A stretch of DNA of 64,000 bases from an uncultured Bacteroidales bacterium (lineage in GTDB: Bacteria; Bacteroidota; Bacteroidia; Bacteroidales; UBA7960): positions 6,285 through 70,284 of the forward strand of contig CAZTPA010000006.1 of assembly GCA_964614525.1 (NCBI GenBank), written 5' to 3'. The notes beneath the pieces were generated by a model, which saw only the letters and a list, made by a program, of their open reading frames with translations, was not told the origin of the DNA and ran no database searches. A program made the translations under genes and the position numbers. Below are positions 38,856 through 47,791 of this stretch, in pieces (the stretch's first letter is position 1; each line of letters starts with the position of its first letter).

Positions 38856-40331
38856 TTAGTATGCTCTTGCAAAAATAACTCTCTGAATAGAAGGTTTACC
38901 TGAATATATGCATTTTCCTTCTTCCTTTTTATTATCTAATGGGATACACCTAATCGTTGCTTTTGTTTCATCTTTAATCTTTTGTTCCGTTTCGGGGGTT
39001 CCATCCCAGTGAGCATAAATAAATCCCGCTTTATTGTCAAGAATTTCACAAAATTCATCCCATGAGTCTGCATAATGAGTGCTGTTTTCTCTAAAAGCAA
39101 GAGCTTTTTGATAAAGATTATCCTGGATTGCATCCAATAAATGAGCAATTTTATTTTCAATATCTGAAATTTGATATGTTTCTTTTTCCAGGGTATCTCT
39201 TCTGGCAACTTCTACTGATTGATTTTCCACGTCTCTCGGACCAATGGCAATTCTAACAGGAACACCTTTAAATTCGTATTCATTAAATTTCCAACCCGGC
39301 TTATGAGTTTGTCTGTTATCAAATTTAACAGTAATACCTTTGGATCTAAGTTTCGCAATAATCTCATCAGCTTTTTCACAGACTAATTCGTATTGTTCCT
39401 GACTTTTGTAAATTGGAACGATAACAACCTGGTTAGGTGCAAGTTTAGGCGGCAAAACAAGGCCTTTATCATCAGAATGCGCCATAATAAGGGCTCCTAT
39501 TAATCTTGTTGACACACCCCATGATGTAGCCCAAACAAAATCTATTTTACCTTCAGAATTAGTAAACTTTACATCAAAAACCTTTGCAAAATTTTGTCCT
39601 AGAAAATGCGAAGTACCTGCTTGAAGAGCTTTTCCATCCTGCATAAGAGCTTCTATGCAAAATGTTTCGACAGCACCCGCAAATCTTTCATTTGGAGACT
39701 TCAGACCTTTTATTACAGGAAGAGCCATAAAATTCTCAGCAAAATCAGCATAAACATCCAACATTTTAGTTGTTTCTTCCCATGCCTCATCCTGAGTTGC
39801 ATGAGCCGTATGACCTTCCTGCCAAAGAAACTCTGCTGTACGCAAAAACATTCTTGTTCTCATCTCCCATCTTACAACATTTGCCCATTGATTAATAAGT
39901 ATTGGCAAATCTCTATATGATTGAATCCAACCCCTGTAAGTATCCCAAATTATTGTTTCAGAAGTAGGTCTGATAATAAGTTCTTCCTCTAACTTAGCCT
40001 TTTCATCAACTATTAGGCCTTTTCCATCCGGATCATTTTTTAATCTGTAATGAGTTACTACTGCACATTCTTTAGCAAAGCCTTCAACATGATCAGCTTC
40101 TTTGCTAAAAAAAGATTTTGGTATAAAAATTGGGAAATATGCATTTGAATGACCTGTGTCTTTAAACATTTTGTCAAGAGCTCCTTGCATTTTTTCCCAA
40201 ATAGAGTATCCATAAGGTTTTATAACCATACATCCTCTAACAGCAGAATTCTCAGCTAATTCAGCCTTTTGGACAATATCATTATACCATTTGGAATAAT
40301 TTTCTTCACGAGTTGAAAAATCTTTAGCCAT
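38856..40331 (-). CDS. proS: Proline--tRNA ligase (archaeal/eukaryote-like type)
   Basis: I take the start at [16 protein letters not shown] (ATG 40331). The listed ORF adds 30 implausible residues. Class II motifs [15 protein letters not shown] and the C-terminal YSGKPS...ARAY. Confidence 0.95.
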   Translation of the reverse strand: MAKDFSTREENYSKWYNDIVQKAELAENSAVRGCMVIKPYGYSIWEKMQGALDKMFKDTGHSNAYFPIFIPKSFFSKEADHVEGFAKECAVVTHYRLKNDPDGKGLIVDEKAKLEEELIIRPTSETIIWDTYRGWIQSYRDLPILINQWANVVRWEMRTRMFLRTAEFLWQEGHTAHATQDEAWEETTKMLDVYADFAENFMALPVIKGLKSPNERFAGAVETFCIEALMQDGKALQAGTSHFLGQNFAKVFDVKFTNSEGKIDFVWATSWGVSTRLIGALIMAHSDDKGLVLPPKLAPNQVVIVPIYKSQEQYELVCEKADEIIAKLRSKGITVKFDNRQTHKPGWKFNEYEFKGVPVRIAIGPRDVENQSVEVARRDTLEKETYQISDIENKIAHLLDAIQDNLYQKALAFRENSTHYADSWDEFCEILDNKAGFIYAHWDGTPETEQKIKDETKATIRCIPLDNKKEEGKCIYSGKPSIQRVIFARAY

Positions 40332-40469
40332 GATAAATAGATAATGGTATGAATTTTGTAATATTATAAGTAAACAATTAAGGGGCAAATTTAAGAAAAT
40401 AAAACAAGCCCTCAAGAGCAAAAAAATATAAAAAACAAAATGATTGTCTTATCATAAAAACCTAAAAAG

Positions 40470-42083
40470 ATGAAAACACTAGTAAAAATATTCGCAATCG
40501 TCGCTTTATTTATGACAGCCTGTACTAGTTCTTACTACACAGGAAGCGCATATGACGACATTTATTACAGTCCTGAAAATGAAATTCCGGTAGAAGAAGC
40601 TACTGCGCAAGGAAAGGCAACTGTAATTGAAAAACCCGCAAATCAAGAGCAAAGCTATAACACTCAGACTGAAACTACTGATACTGTCTATAATGAAACC
40701 GGCAAAAGCCAGTATAACAGTGATTATTATAGTGGATATGAGGAACCTGCTCAAACCGAAACCTATTATGATGATGAAGGAGACACTTATGTTTCTAACT
40801 ATTATTATGGAGATTACTACGATTATGCATATTCATCACGTATTAGAAGATTTCACAGATACAACTATGCAAGTTTTGCATACTATGATCCTTGGTACAC
40901 AAACATGTACTGGTACACTTACAATCCTTACTATTATGGGGTAAGCATTTACATGGGATACGGAGCACATGGGTTCTATTATCCCGGATATTATTATAGC
41001 CCATGGGGTTATGGATATGGATATTACAACCCTTATTACGGATATGGATATGGTTCCAGTTATTGGGCAGGATATCATCACGGATATTGGGCAGGATACT
41101 ATTCTTACTACAATAACTACTACAACTATCAGTATTTATACAACAGTTACGACAGAAGCAACTATTACTACGGACACCGTGGTGATCAGGCAGGAACAAC
41201 TGAAAGTGGCCATACAGGAAGAACCCGTGACTTAAGTGCAAAATCAACCCTTGCATCAAATTTCGAGTCATCCAGAGCAGATGAGAGATCACAGACTAGA
41301 AGCGAAACCCAAGAAAGAGTTTCTGAAAGTTCAAGAGTTACAGATACAAAACCAGGTAGCACTAAACCTGCTGAAACAAGACCTGTCGAATCAACTAAAC
41401 CTGTTGAATCAACAAAACCTGTAGAATCAAAAAGACCTGTAGAAGTAACGAAGCCTGCTAATGAAACAAGACCTGCCGAAACTCGACCTTCTGAACAAAA
41501 ACAACCTGAAAGATATCAGCCTAGCCGCACGCCTGAAGATTATTCTTCACCAAGTCGCGAGCAATATCAAAGATATACCAGGCCAAAGCAAACTCCATCA
41601 GGTAGTCAAAATGCCAGAGATGCAAGTTCTGACAGACCACCAAGGACTTATACTTCACCGAGCTATCAACAGCCAAAATCAACACAGCAGTATAGAAGTC
41701 CTCAAGGAGAAAGAGCACCTTCAAACAGAAGTCAACGAAGTGATGGTTCAGTCCAATCAAGGCCACGTCAAAGCCAGCCTAGTCAAACCAGGCCACAAAC
41801 ACAGCCTCAGAGACAGCAAACAAAACCGAGGTCTACGTCACCTTCAAGACAGCAGACTGCACCTTCAAGACAAAGCAAGCCTTCAAGACAGCAGCCTAGC
41901 AGCACAAGGCCTGCACCATCAAGAAAAAGCGGAAGCAGTACAAGGCCTTCAAGAAGTAGCAATAATAGCAGAAGCTCGTTTTCACCATCCAGAAGCTCAA
42001 GCAGTAGTTCAAGGTCTTCTTTCAAAAGCAGTAGTTCATCTTCAAGCTCAAGTAAATCAAGCAGCTCGGGCAGAAGAAGGTAA
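40470..42083 (+). CDS. Low-complexity lipoprotein: Tyr/Gly-rich block, KPxE tandem repeats, basic Ser/Arg/Gln/Pro tail
   Basis: 537 aa with a signal peptide and lipobox (ALFMTAC). This is the only frame open across the whole region. Function unknown. Confidence 0.6.
   Translation: MKTLVKIFAIVALFMTACTSSYYTGSAYDDIYYSPENEIPVEEATAQGKATVIEKPANQEQSYNTQTETTDTVYNETGKSQYNSDYYSGYEEPAQTETYYDDEGDTYVSNYYYGDYYDYAYSSRIRRFHRYNYASFAYYDPWYTNMYWYTYNPYYYGVSIYMGYGAHGFYYPGYYYSPWGYGYGYYNPYYGYGYGSSYWAGYHHGYWAGYYSYYNNYYNYQYLYNSYDRSNYYYGHRGDQAGTTESGHTGRTRDLSAKSTLASNFESSRADERSQTRSETQERVSESSRVTDTKPGSTKPAETRPVESTKPVESTKPVESKRPVEVTKPANETRPAETRPSEQKQPERYQPSRTPEDYSSPSREQYQRYTRPKQTPSGSQNARDASSDRPPRTYTSPSYQQPKSTQQYRSPQGERAPSNRSQRSDGSVQSRPRQSQPSQTRPQTQPQRQQTKPRSTSPSRQQTAPSRQSKPSRQQPSSTRPAPSRKSGSSTRPSRSSNNSRSSFSPSRSSSSSSRSSFKSSSSSSSSSKSSSSGRRR
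41347..41510 (+). repeat. In-frame degenerate 15-18-nt tandem repeats encoding (T/K)(K/R)P(V/A)E(S/T)
   Basis: TKPGS TKPAE TRPVES TKPVES TKPVES KRPVEV TKPANE TRPAE TRPSE QKQPE, read directly from the sequence. Confidence 0.8.
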
Positions 42084-42176
42084 ATAATATTACTTATTGC
42101 AAATACCAGAATTGATATAAAGAACAGATTGTAGAGATTTAAAATAATTATTATAATTAGTAATAATATTAAGAAT

Positions 42177-43628
42177 ATGAAAAAGATAAAGCTAATATTT
42201 GCATTAATGATGCTAACAGCATTTAGCACAACGGGACAAAATGAATCTGATGCTCTTAGATATTCATATTTAGATCATGGAGGTACAGCTCGTTTTATGA
42301 GCATGGGAGGTGCTTTTGGTTCTCTTGGAGGAGATTTTTCTACTCTTAGTACAAATCCTGCCGGTATAGGCATATTCAGAGGATCTGAATTCTCCATTAC
42401 TCCATCATTGAATTACAGTAAGGTTAACTCAATGTATTATGGAGTTTCAGATGAGGATATAAAATATAGTTTTAATCTCAAAAACATTGGGTTTGTTTTT
42501 ACGGTTCCTTTGCAAGGAGGTATTGAACAACCCGGAATGAAAAGCCTTAACTTTGGATTCGGCCTTAATCAACACAATACATTTAATAACAGAGTTGTAG
42601 CTGAAGGTTTTAATAATCAAAATTCGATTATGACTCATTTCTTAAATCAAGCAAATGAGGAAGGTAGCATTGACAGATTAAATCCATTCTCAACTCAACT
42701 TGCTTATGACACATGGCTGCTTGGAACTGAAGGTGAAGATGAAACATTCTTTGTGGATATGCCTGAAGGAAATGTTCATCAAAGAATGGAAAAAAACACT
42801 TCAGGAAGTATTCGAGAATTGGTATTAACAATGGGAGGTAATTACAATGATGTTGCTTATTTTGGAGCCACAATAGGAATACCATCAGTAAGATATGAGG
42901 AAAATTTCACATTTATTGAAAGAGATACTGAAAATTTGAATGATGATTTTAACTCTCTTGAATACAATCAATATTTATACACTACCGGTAGAGGGTTTAA
43001 TGTGAAACTTGGTGCCATATTCAGAATCGCAGATATTGTGCGCTTAGGAGCAGCCGTTCATACTCCTACCTTCTTTAAAATGGAAGATGAATATAAAAAC
43101 TCAATGCAATCTGATTTAAATTTTGATGATTATCCAAATGAAGCAGAATCTCCTACAGGTGTATTTGAGTATGAAATAAACACACCATTAAAAGCTATTG
43201 GAAGTGCCGGAGTTGTAATTGGAAAATTTGGAATAATAAGTGTTGACTATGAATTTGCGGATTATTCCAGTATGAGATTAAGGAGTGATGATTATCATTT
43301 TTCAGATGAGAACAGAGCTATAAAAAGTGATTTTACGCAACAGCACAAAGTAAGATTTGGAGGAGAGGTCAATCTTTCACCAGTGCTTGTAAGGGGAGGA
43401 TATTCAATGTACACAAGTCCTTATTCAGGAGGACTAGATGATTTGGCACAAACATCTATTTCTGCGGGTATTGGTTTGAGAGACAAAGGATACTTTCTGG
43501 ATTTTGCTTATATCTATAGTTTTTATAATGAGGATTTCTATCCATATACAAATGTGGCAGCAATAGAGCCGGCAACATTTGATTACACCCATAGTAATTT
43601 TGTTTTAACATTAGGTTTACGTTGGTAA
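42177..43628 (+). CDS. FadL/PorV-superfamily outer-membrane beta-barrel protein
   Basis: 483 aa with a signal peptide. N-terminal hatch-like motif GGTARFMSMGGAFGSLGGDFSTLSTNPAGIG, and a C-terminal aromatic residue (..LGLRW). Confidence 0.6.
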   Translation: MKKIKLIFALMMLTAFSTTGQNESDALRYSYLDHGGTARFMSMGGAFGSLGGDFSTLSTNPAGIGIFRGSEFSITPSLNYSKVNSMYYGVSDEDIKYSFNLKNIGFVFTVPLQGGIEQPGMKSLNFGFGLNQHNTFNNRVVAEGFNNQNSIMTHFLNQANEEGSIDRLNPFSTQLAYDTWLLGTEGEDETFFVDMPEGNVHQRMEKNTSGSIRELVLTMGGNYNDVAYFGATIGIPSVRYEENFTFIERDTENLNDDFNSLEYNQYLYTTGRGFNVKLGAIFRIADIVRLGAAVHTPTFFKMEDEYKNSMQSDLNFDDYPNEAESPTGVFEYEINTPLKAIGSAGVVIGKFGIISVDYEFADYSSMRLRSDDYHFSDENRAIKSDFTQQHKVRFGGEVNLSPVLVRGGYSMYTSPYSGGLDDLAQTSISAGIGLRDKGYFLDFAYIYSFYNEDFYPYTNVAAIEPATFDYTHSNFVLTLGLRW

Positions 43629-43661
43629 GGTATATTAGGTTGATGTTGTTTGTTTTTTAAT

Positions 43662-43696
43662 AAAAAAGCCCGAAAGAATTTTTCGGGCTTTTTTAT
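43662..43696. terminator. Bidirectional terminator between convergent genes
   Basis: A6 + agcccgaaa/gaatt/tttcgggct + T6. Confidence 0.8.
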
Positions 43697-43729
43697 ATAT
43701 CATTGCACTAATACAGTTGTACCATAATT

Positions 43730-44581
43730 TTAGATATCAACGCTTTCGGCGATATCATCATCAACCAATATCCTGCCACAATATTCACAAACAATAATTT
43801 TTTTGTGCAATTTAATATCTAATTGTCTCTGCGGCGGAATTTTATTAAAACAACCTCCACATGCATCTCTTTCAACTACCACAACAGAAAGTCCGTTTAG
43901 CGAATTTTCTCTGATTCGTCTATAAGCAACAAGCAATCTCTCTTCAATTTGTTCTTCTTGTTCTTTGGACTTTTTAATAAGATTCTCTTCATCTCTTTTA
44001 GTTTCAGAAACAATATCCTCGAGTTCTTTATTCTTTTCATTTAAATCATCCTTACGTTCAGCAAGGTTATTTTCAGCAGCTTCTAAAACTTTTGATTTAA
44101 GTTCAATTTCCTGTGTATATTCTTTGATTTTTTTCTCGCACAATTGAGATTCCAGACTCTGATATTCTATTTCCTTTGATAAAGAATCATACTCTCTATT
44201 ATTACGCACATTCATTTGTTGTGCTTCGTATTTTTTAATAAGTTCGGCACAATCAACAATAGCATTTTTCTTATTAATAACTTCCTGATTAAGCTCGTCA
44301 ATTTCAAGCTTTAGCTTTTCTGTTCTTGTCTCAAGTCCGGCGATTTCATCTTCTAGATCTTGCACTTCCAGAGGAAGCTCACCTCTAACAGCGCGAATTT
44401 TGTCAATTTGATGGTCTATTCTTTGTAATGTATATAAACCAACTAATTTCTTTTTAATAACTTGTTCCAGACTTTCTTCAGGAGTTATTTTTGTTGTGAT
44501 GATTTCGCCTTCACTAACAACAACTTCTTCCTTTTCAGCCTTGGGTTTCGACTTTTTAGCTGTTTTTGATACTTTAGTCAT
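43730..44581 (-). CDS. Coiled-coil zinc-ribbon protein (COG1579/DUF164-like)
   Basis: I take the start at MTKVSKTAKK (ATG 44581). Long coiled coil, C-terminal CGGC...CEYCG ribbon. Typical partner of the upstream Nif3-like gene. Confidence 0.75.
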   Translation of the reverse strand: MTKVSKTAKKSKPKAEKEEVVVSEGEIITTKITPEESLEQVIKKKLVGLYTLQRIDHQIDKIRAVRGELPLEVQDLEDEIAGLETRTEKLKLEIDELNQEVINKKNAIVDCAELIKKYEAQQMNVRNNREYDSLSKEIEYQSLESQLCEKKIKEYTQEIELKSKVLEAAENNLAERKDDLNEKNKELEDIVSETKRDEENLIKKSKEQEEQIEERLLVAYRRIRENSLNGLSVVVVERDACGGCFNKIPPQRQLDIKLHKKIIVCEYCGRILVDDDIAESVDI

Positions 44582-44610
44582 ATACGTGTTTTTATAAGTT
44601 TTCAAAAAGA

Positions 44611-45705
44611 TTAAAAATAACAAACGGCATTAGATTGCCTATTGGAAATTTGGAGTGCAAAGTTAGTAAATTTTTTGCTAATAATATCATATATGATTTC
44701 AGAAGTAAACTGTTCTGTTTCAAAATGACCTGCATCAACCAGCAGTATGGAGTTTGCAGAGTCTAAAAATTGATGATACTTAACATCTCCGGTAACAAAA
44801 GCATCAGCTCCTGCTCTCACGGCTTTATCAATAAAAGAGCTGCCGGATCCTCCGCAGACAGCTACTTTTGAAATCGCTTTCTTTCTTAAGCCGGAATGTC
44901 TTAAAACAGGAACTACAAGATTTTTTTTCACCATTTTCAAAAAATCAATGTCAGACATAGGTTTTTTTAAATCACCTATCATGCCGGCACCGGCCTTTTC
45001 AAAATCATTCTCAAGAGGATAAATATCATAAGCTACTTCCTCATATGGATGAGCTTTTAGCATTGAAGCTATTATCATTTTTTGCAAAAATGCAGGAAAT
45101 ACAGTTTCAATTCTAATTTCAGATTCAAAATGCAATTTATTCACTTCTCCGACGAAGGGATTTGAACCTTCATGCGCTCTAAATGAGCCTTGTCCCTGAA
45201 TATTATAGCTGCAAGAATCATAATCACCTATGTTTCCTGCACCTGCTTCAAATAAAGCATTTCTGACAATATCAGCATATTCATTTGGACAAAAAACAAC
45301 AAGCTTTTTTAACACATCCTTTTTAGGTGATAAAATCTTTAAATTCTCCAAACTCAATTTAGCAGCAAGTTTATTATTAACACCATGAAAAGCATTATCA
45401 ATATTCGTATGAACAGCAAGTATTGCTATATCATTTTTAATTGCTTTAATAATAGCTCTACTAGCAGAAGTTTGATTTGATATTGATTTTAAACCATTGA
45501 AAATTAATGGATGATGCGATATTACAACATCACAATTATCATTAATTGCCTCATCCATAACATCTTCTGTGACATCCACACAAATAAGTGCTTTTGAAAT
45601 TGTATTTTGCGCATCTCCAATTAATAAGCCTGAATTATCATAACTTTCCTGTAATTGAAATGGAGCATACTCATTAAGTGTATTTAAAAGTTCGAAAAGT
45701 TGCAT
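44611..45705 (-). CDS. Nif3-like dinuclear metal center protein (YbgI/YqfO family)
   Basis: 364 aa. NSGLLIG, VISHHPLIF, AVHTNIDNA and GGSGSSF..A...GADAFVTGD.K.H motifs, with an inserted PII-like domain. Confidence 0.85.
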   Translation of the reverse strand: MQLFELLNTLNEYAPFQLQESYDNSGLLIGDAQNTISKALICVDVTEDVMDEAINDNCDVVISHHPLIFNGLKSISNQTSASRAIIKAIKNDIAILAVHTNIDNAFHGVNNKLAAKLSLENLKILSPKKDVLKKLVVFCPNEYADIVRNALFEAGAGNIGDYDSCSYNIQGQGSFRAHEGSNPFVGEVNKLHFESEIRIETVFPAFLQKMIIASMLKAHPYEEVAYDIYPLENDFEKAGAGMIGDLKKPMSDIDFLKMVKKNLVVPVLRHSGLRKKAISKVAVCGGSGSSFIDKAVRAGADAFVTGDVKYHQFLDSANSILLVDAGHFETEQFTSEIIYDIISKKFTNFALQISNRQSNAVCYF

Positions 45706-45876
45706 ACTTGATTTTTTTCAAAATTAGAAAAATATATTTTAATTCAGCTTTAATAATTTAAATGTAAAGAATATATAAAACGTGAATTTAAAGGCAAAAT
45801 TATATTTTATATTTGTTTATAATATCATTATACCTAATTTCTGTTTTTTTAGATAATGAATTCTTAACTTTGATGC

Positions 45877-46926
45877 ATGAACTTTTTAAAAATTTTTTTA
45901 TTGCCTTTCGCAATCCTTTACGGTCTGATTGTATTTTGCCGTAATAAGTTATTTGACTGGGGTTTATTAAAAAGCAAATCGTTCAAAGTGCCTGTTATTG
46001 GGGTTGGAAATTTAAGCGCCGGCGGAACCGGAAAAACTCCTCATGTAGAATACTTAATAGAACTCTTAAGCAAAGATTATAATATAGCCATATTAAGCAG
46101 GGGATATAAAAGGACCACAAAAGGATATTTAAAAGTAAATAAAAATTCAACAAGTAAAGAAGTAGGTGATGAACCTTTGCAAATATCAAAAAACTTTCCT
46201 GAGATAACGGTTGCAGTAGATGAGAAAAGAGTAAGAGGTATAAATAAATTATTAAGGGATAATCCGAAAATTCAGTTGGTTATACTTGATGATTCTTTTC
46301 AGCATCGGTATGTTAAGCCACAAATTAACATATTAATAACCGAGTACTTCAAAATGTTTTACAATAATTACCTTTTACCAATTGGAACATTGCGAGAATC
46401 AAAAGCCCAAACTAAACGAGCTGATGCAATGATTGTATCAAAAACTCCCGAAGTATTTTCTCCACTTGACAGAAGAATAATTTTAAAAAAGCTGGCAAAA
46501 TATAAAGTAAAAAATATATTCTTTTCTTATATAAAGTATAAAACCTGGGAACCAATAACAAAAGCCGCTAAGCAAAACCCTAAGCAAAAAGCCAAAACAA
46601 TCTTTCTTCTAACCGGCATAGCAAATCCTTCTGCTTTGGAAGAGCAATTAAAAAGACATAGTGAAGAACTATACAGTTATCATTATTCTGATCATTATAA
46701 TTTTACAGAAAATAACTTATTAAAGCTTAAACAACATTTTAATGATAAATTTTCCGGTTCTAAAGTAATAGTAACTACTCAAAAAGACGCTATGCGCTTG
46801 TATAAGCCGGAATTAATGGAAATAATAAAAGACTTACCGGTTTATACTGTTCCTATGCAAATTGATTTTCACGAAAAGGACAAAATATCTTTTGATAATT
46901 TCATCAAAAAAGCTTTAAAAAAATAG
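45877..46926 (+). CDS. lpxK: Tetraacyldisaccharide 4'-kinase
   Basis: 349 aa. VIGVGNLSAGGTGKTP P-loop, ILSRGYKR and LDDSFQHR motifs. Confidence 0.9.
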   Translation: MNFLKIFLLPFAILYGLIVFCRNKLFDWGLLKSKSFKVPVIGVGNLSAGGTGKTPHVEYLIELLSKDYNIAILSRGYKRTTKGYLKVNKNSTSKEVGDEPLQISKNFPEITVAVDEKRVRGINKLLRDNPKIQLVILDDSFQHRYVKPQINILITEYFKMFYNNYLLPIGTLRESKAQTKRADAMIVSKTPEVFSPLDRRIILKKLAKYKVKNIFFSYIKYKTWEPITKAAKQNPKQKAKTIFLLTGIANPSALEEQLKRHSEELYSYHYSDHYNFTENNLLKLKQHFNDKFSGSKVIVTTQKDAMRLYKPELMEIIKDLPVYTVPMQIDFHEKDKISFDNFIKKALKK

Positions 46927-46952
46927 TTTTACCGACTACATCACCAAAATAT

Positions 46953-46960
46953 TAACTTTG
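46953..46960 (+). promoter_or_regulatory. Candidate -7 promoter box (TAacTTTG) for the ZIP transporter gene
   Basis: Exact TAnnTTTG match, 26 nt upstream of the ATG at 46986. Confidence 0.3.
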
Positions 46961-46985
46961 CATCATAACATTAAATTTGTATTAT

Positions 46986-47789
46986 ATGAGCTTATTAGTA
47001 TTTAGTGGATTATTCTTTCCGGTTTTAATCTTTGGATTAAGTGTTTATCTTTTTAGAGTTTGCAATAAAAATGTTAAGCTGCTTGTTGCATTTAGCGGGG
47101 CTTTTTTATTATCACTAACTTTTAACGAACTAATTCCTCATATTTTTGGAGATGCTGCTTCATCACATGCACATGGGCATTCTCATGATCATGGTAGTGA
47201 CATCCATATGAATTTTAATATAATGGGTTTGTTTATTCTTTTGGGATTTTTCATTCAGTTATTGATGGATTATTTAACAAAAGGTGTAGAACACGGTCAT
47301 ATACACTCAAAGTGTCCGGAACATGAAGGACATTTGCATAATGATTCAAAATATGGTATTTCATATATTCCTGTTGTAATTGGATTGTGCTTGCATTCTT
47401 TTCTTGAAGCAATGCCATTGGCAAGAGGATTCTCGATTGAGCACATTCAAGATCAACTACTTATTGGAATTATTATTCACAATATTCCATTATCTATAGT
47501 TTTAATGAGTCTATTCATTCAAAACGGATTAACAAAAAGAAAGTCAGTTATACTGCTTGTTTTATTTGCTTTAGCAGGACCTGCCGGAGTATTAGGTGCA
47601 GATTTAATTGGCACCCATATAATACAAGACATGGACACCTTTTTCAAGATATCCATGTCTATAGTTGTGGGTATATTCTTACATATATCAACTACGATAC
47701 TATTTGAAGCTGATGAAGATCATCTTTTTAATTATAAGAAGTTTGCAATAATAATAATTGGAGCAGCACTGGCCTTAATTCATTTTTAG
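46986..47789 (+). CDS. ZIP family metal (zinc) transporter
   Basis: Start taken at the first ATG (MSLLVFSG); the listed ORF begins at TTG 46977. His-rich loop SSHAHGHSHDHGSDIH, with HSFLEAMP and HNIP motifs. Confidence 0.85.
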   Translation: MSLLVFSGLFFPVLIFGLSVYLFRVCNKNVKLLVAFSGAFLLSLTFNELIPHIFGDAASSHAHGHSHDHGSDIHMNFNIMGLFILLGFFIQLLMDYLTKGVEHGHIHSKCPEHEGHLHNDSKYGISYIPVVIGLCLHSFLEAMPLARGFSIEHIQDQLLIGIIIHNIPLSIVLMSLFIQNGLTKRKSVILLVLFALAGPAGVLGADLIGTHIIQDMDTFFKISMSIVVGIFLHISTTILFEADEDHLFNYKKFAIIIIGAALALIHF

Positions 47790-47791
47790 CA

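Noticed and set aside
40506-42229. Nine additional listed ORFs in other frames or on the opposite strand across the low-complexity gene (40506..40754-, 40627..40944+, 40836..41081-, 40843..41292-, 40969..41235+, 41236..41424+, 41461..42087+, 41521..41766-, 41807..42229-).
   Set aside because: They are shadows of a repetitive, stop-poor sequence. Only the 40470 frame is continuous over the whole region and begins with a signal peptide and lipobox. The alternative frames are fragmented and encode implausible poly-Leu or poly-Ile strings.
45865-45877. TAacTTTG box ending 4 nt before the lpxK ATG, which would imply a leaderless mRNA.
   Set aside because: A second exact TAtaTTTG box at 45820-45827 gives a conventional ~45-nt leader. 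The two cannot be distinguished without transcription-start mapping, so neither is called.
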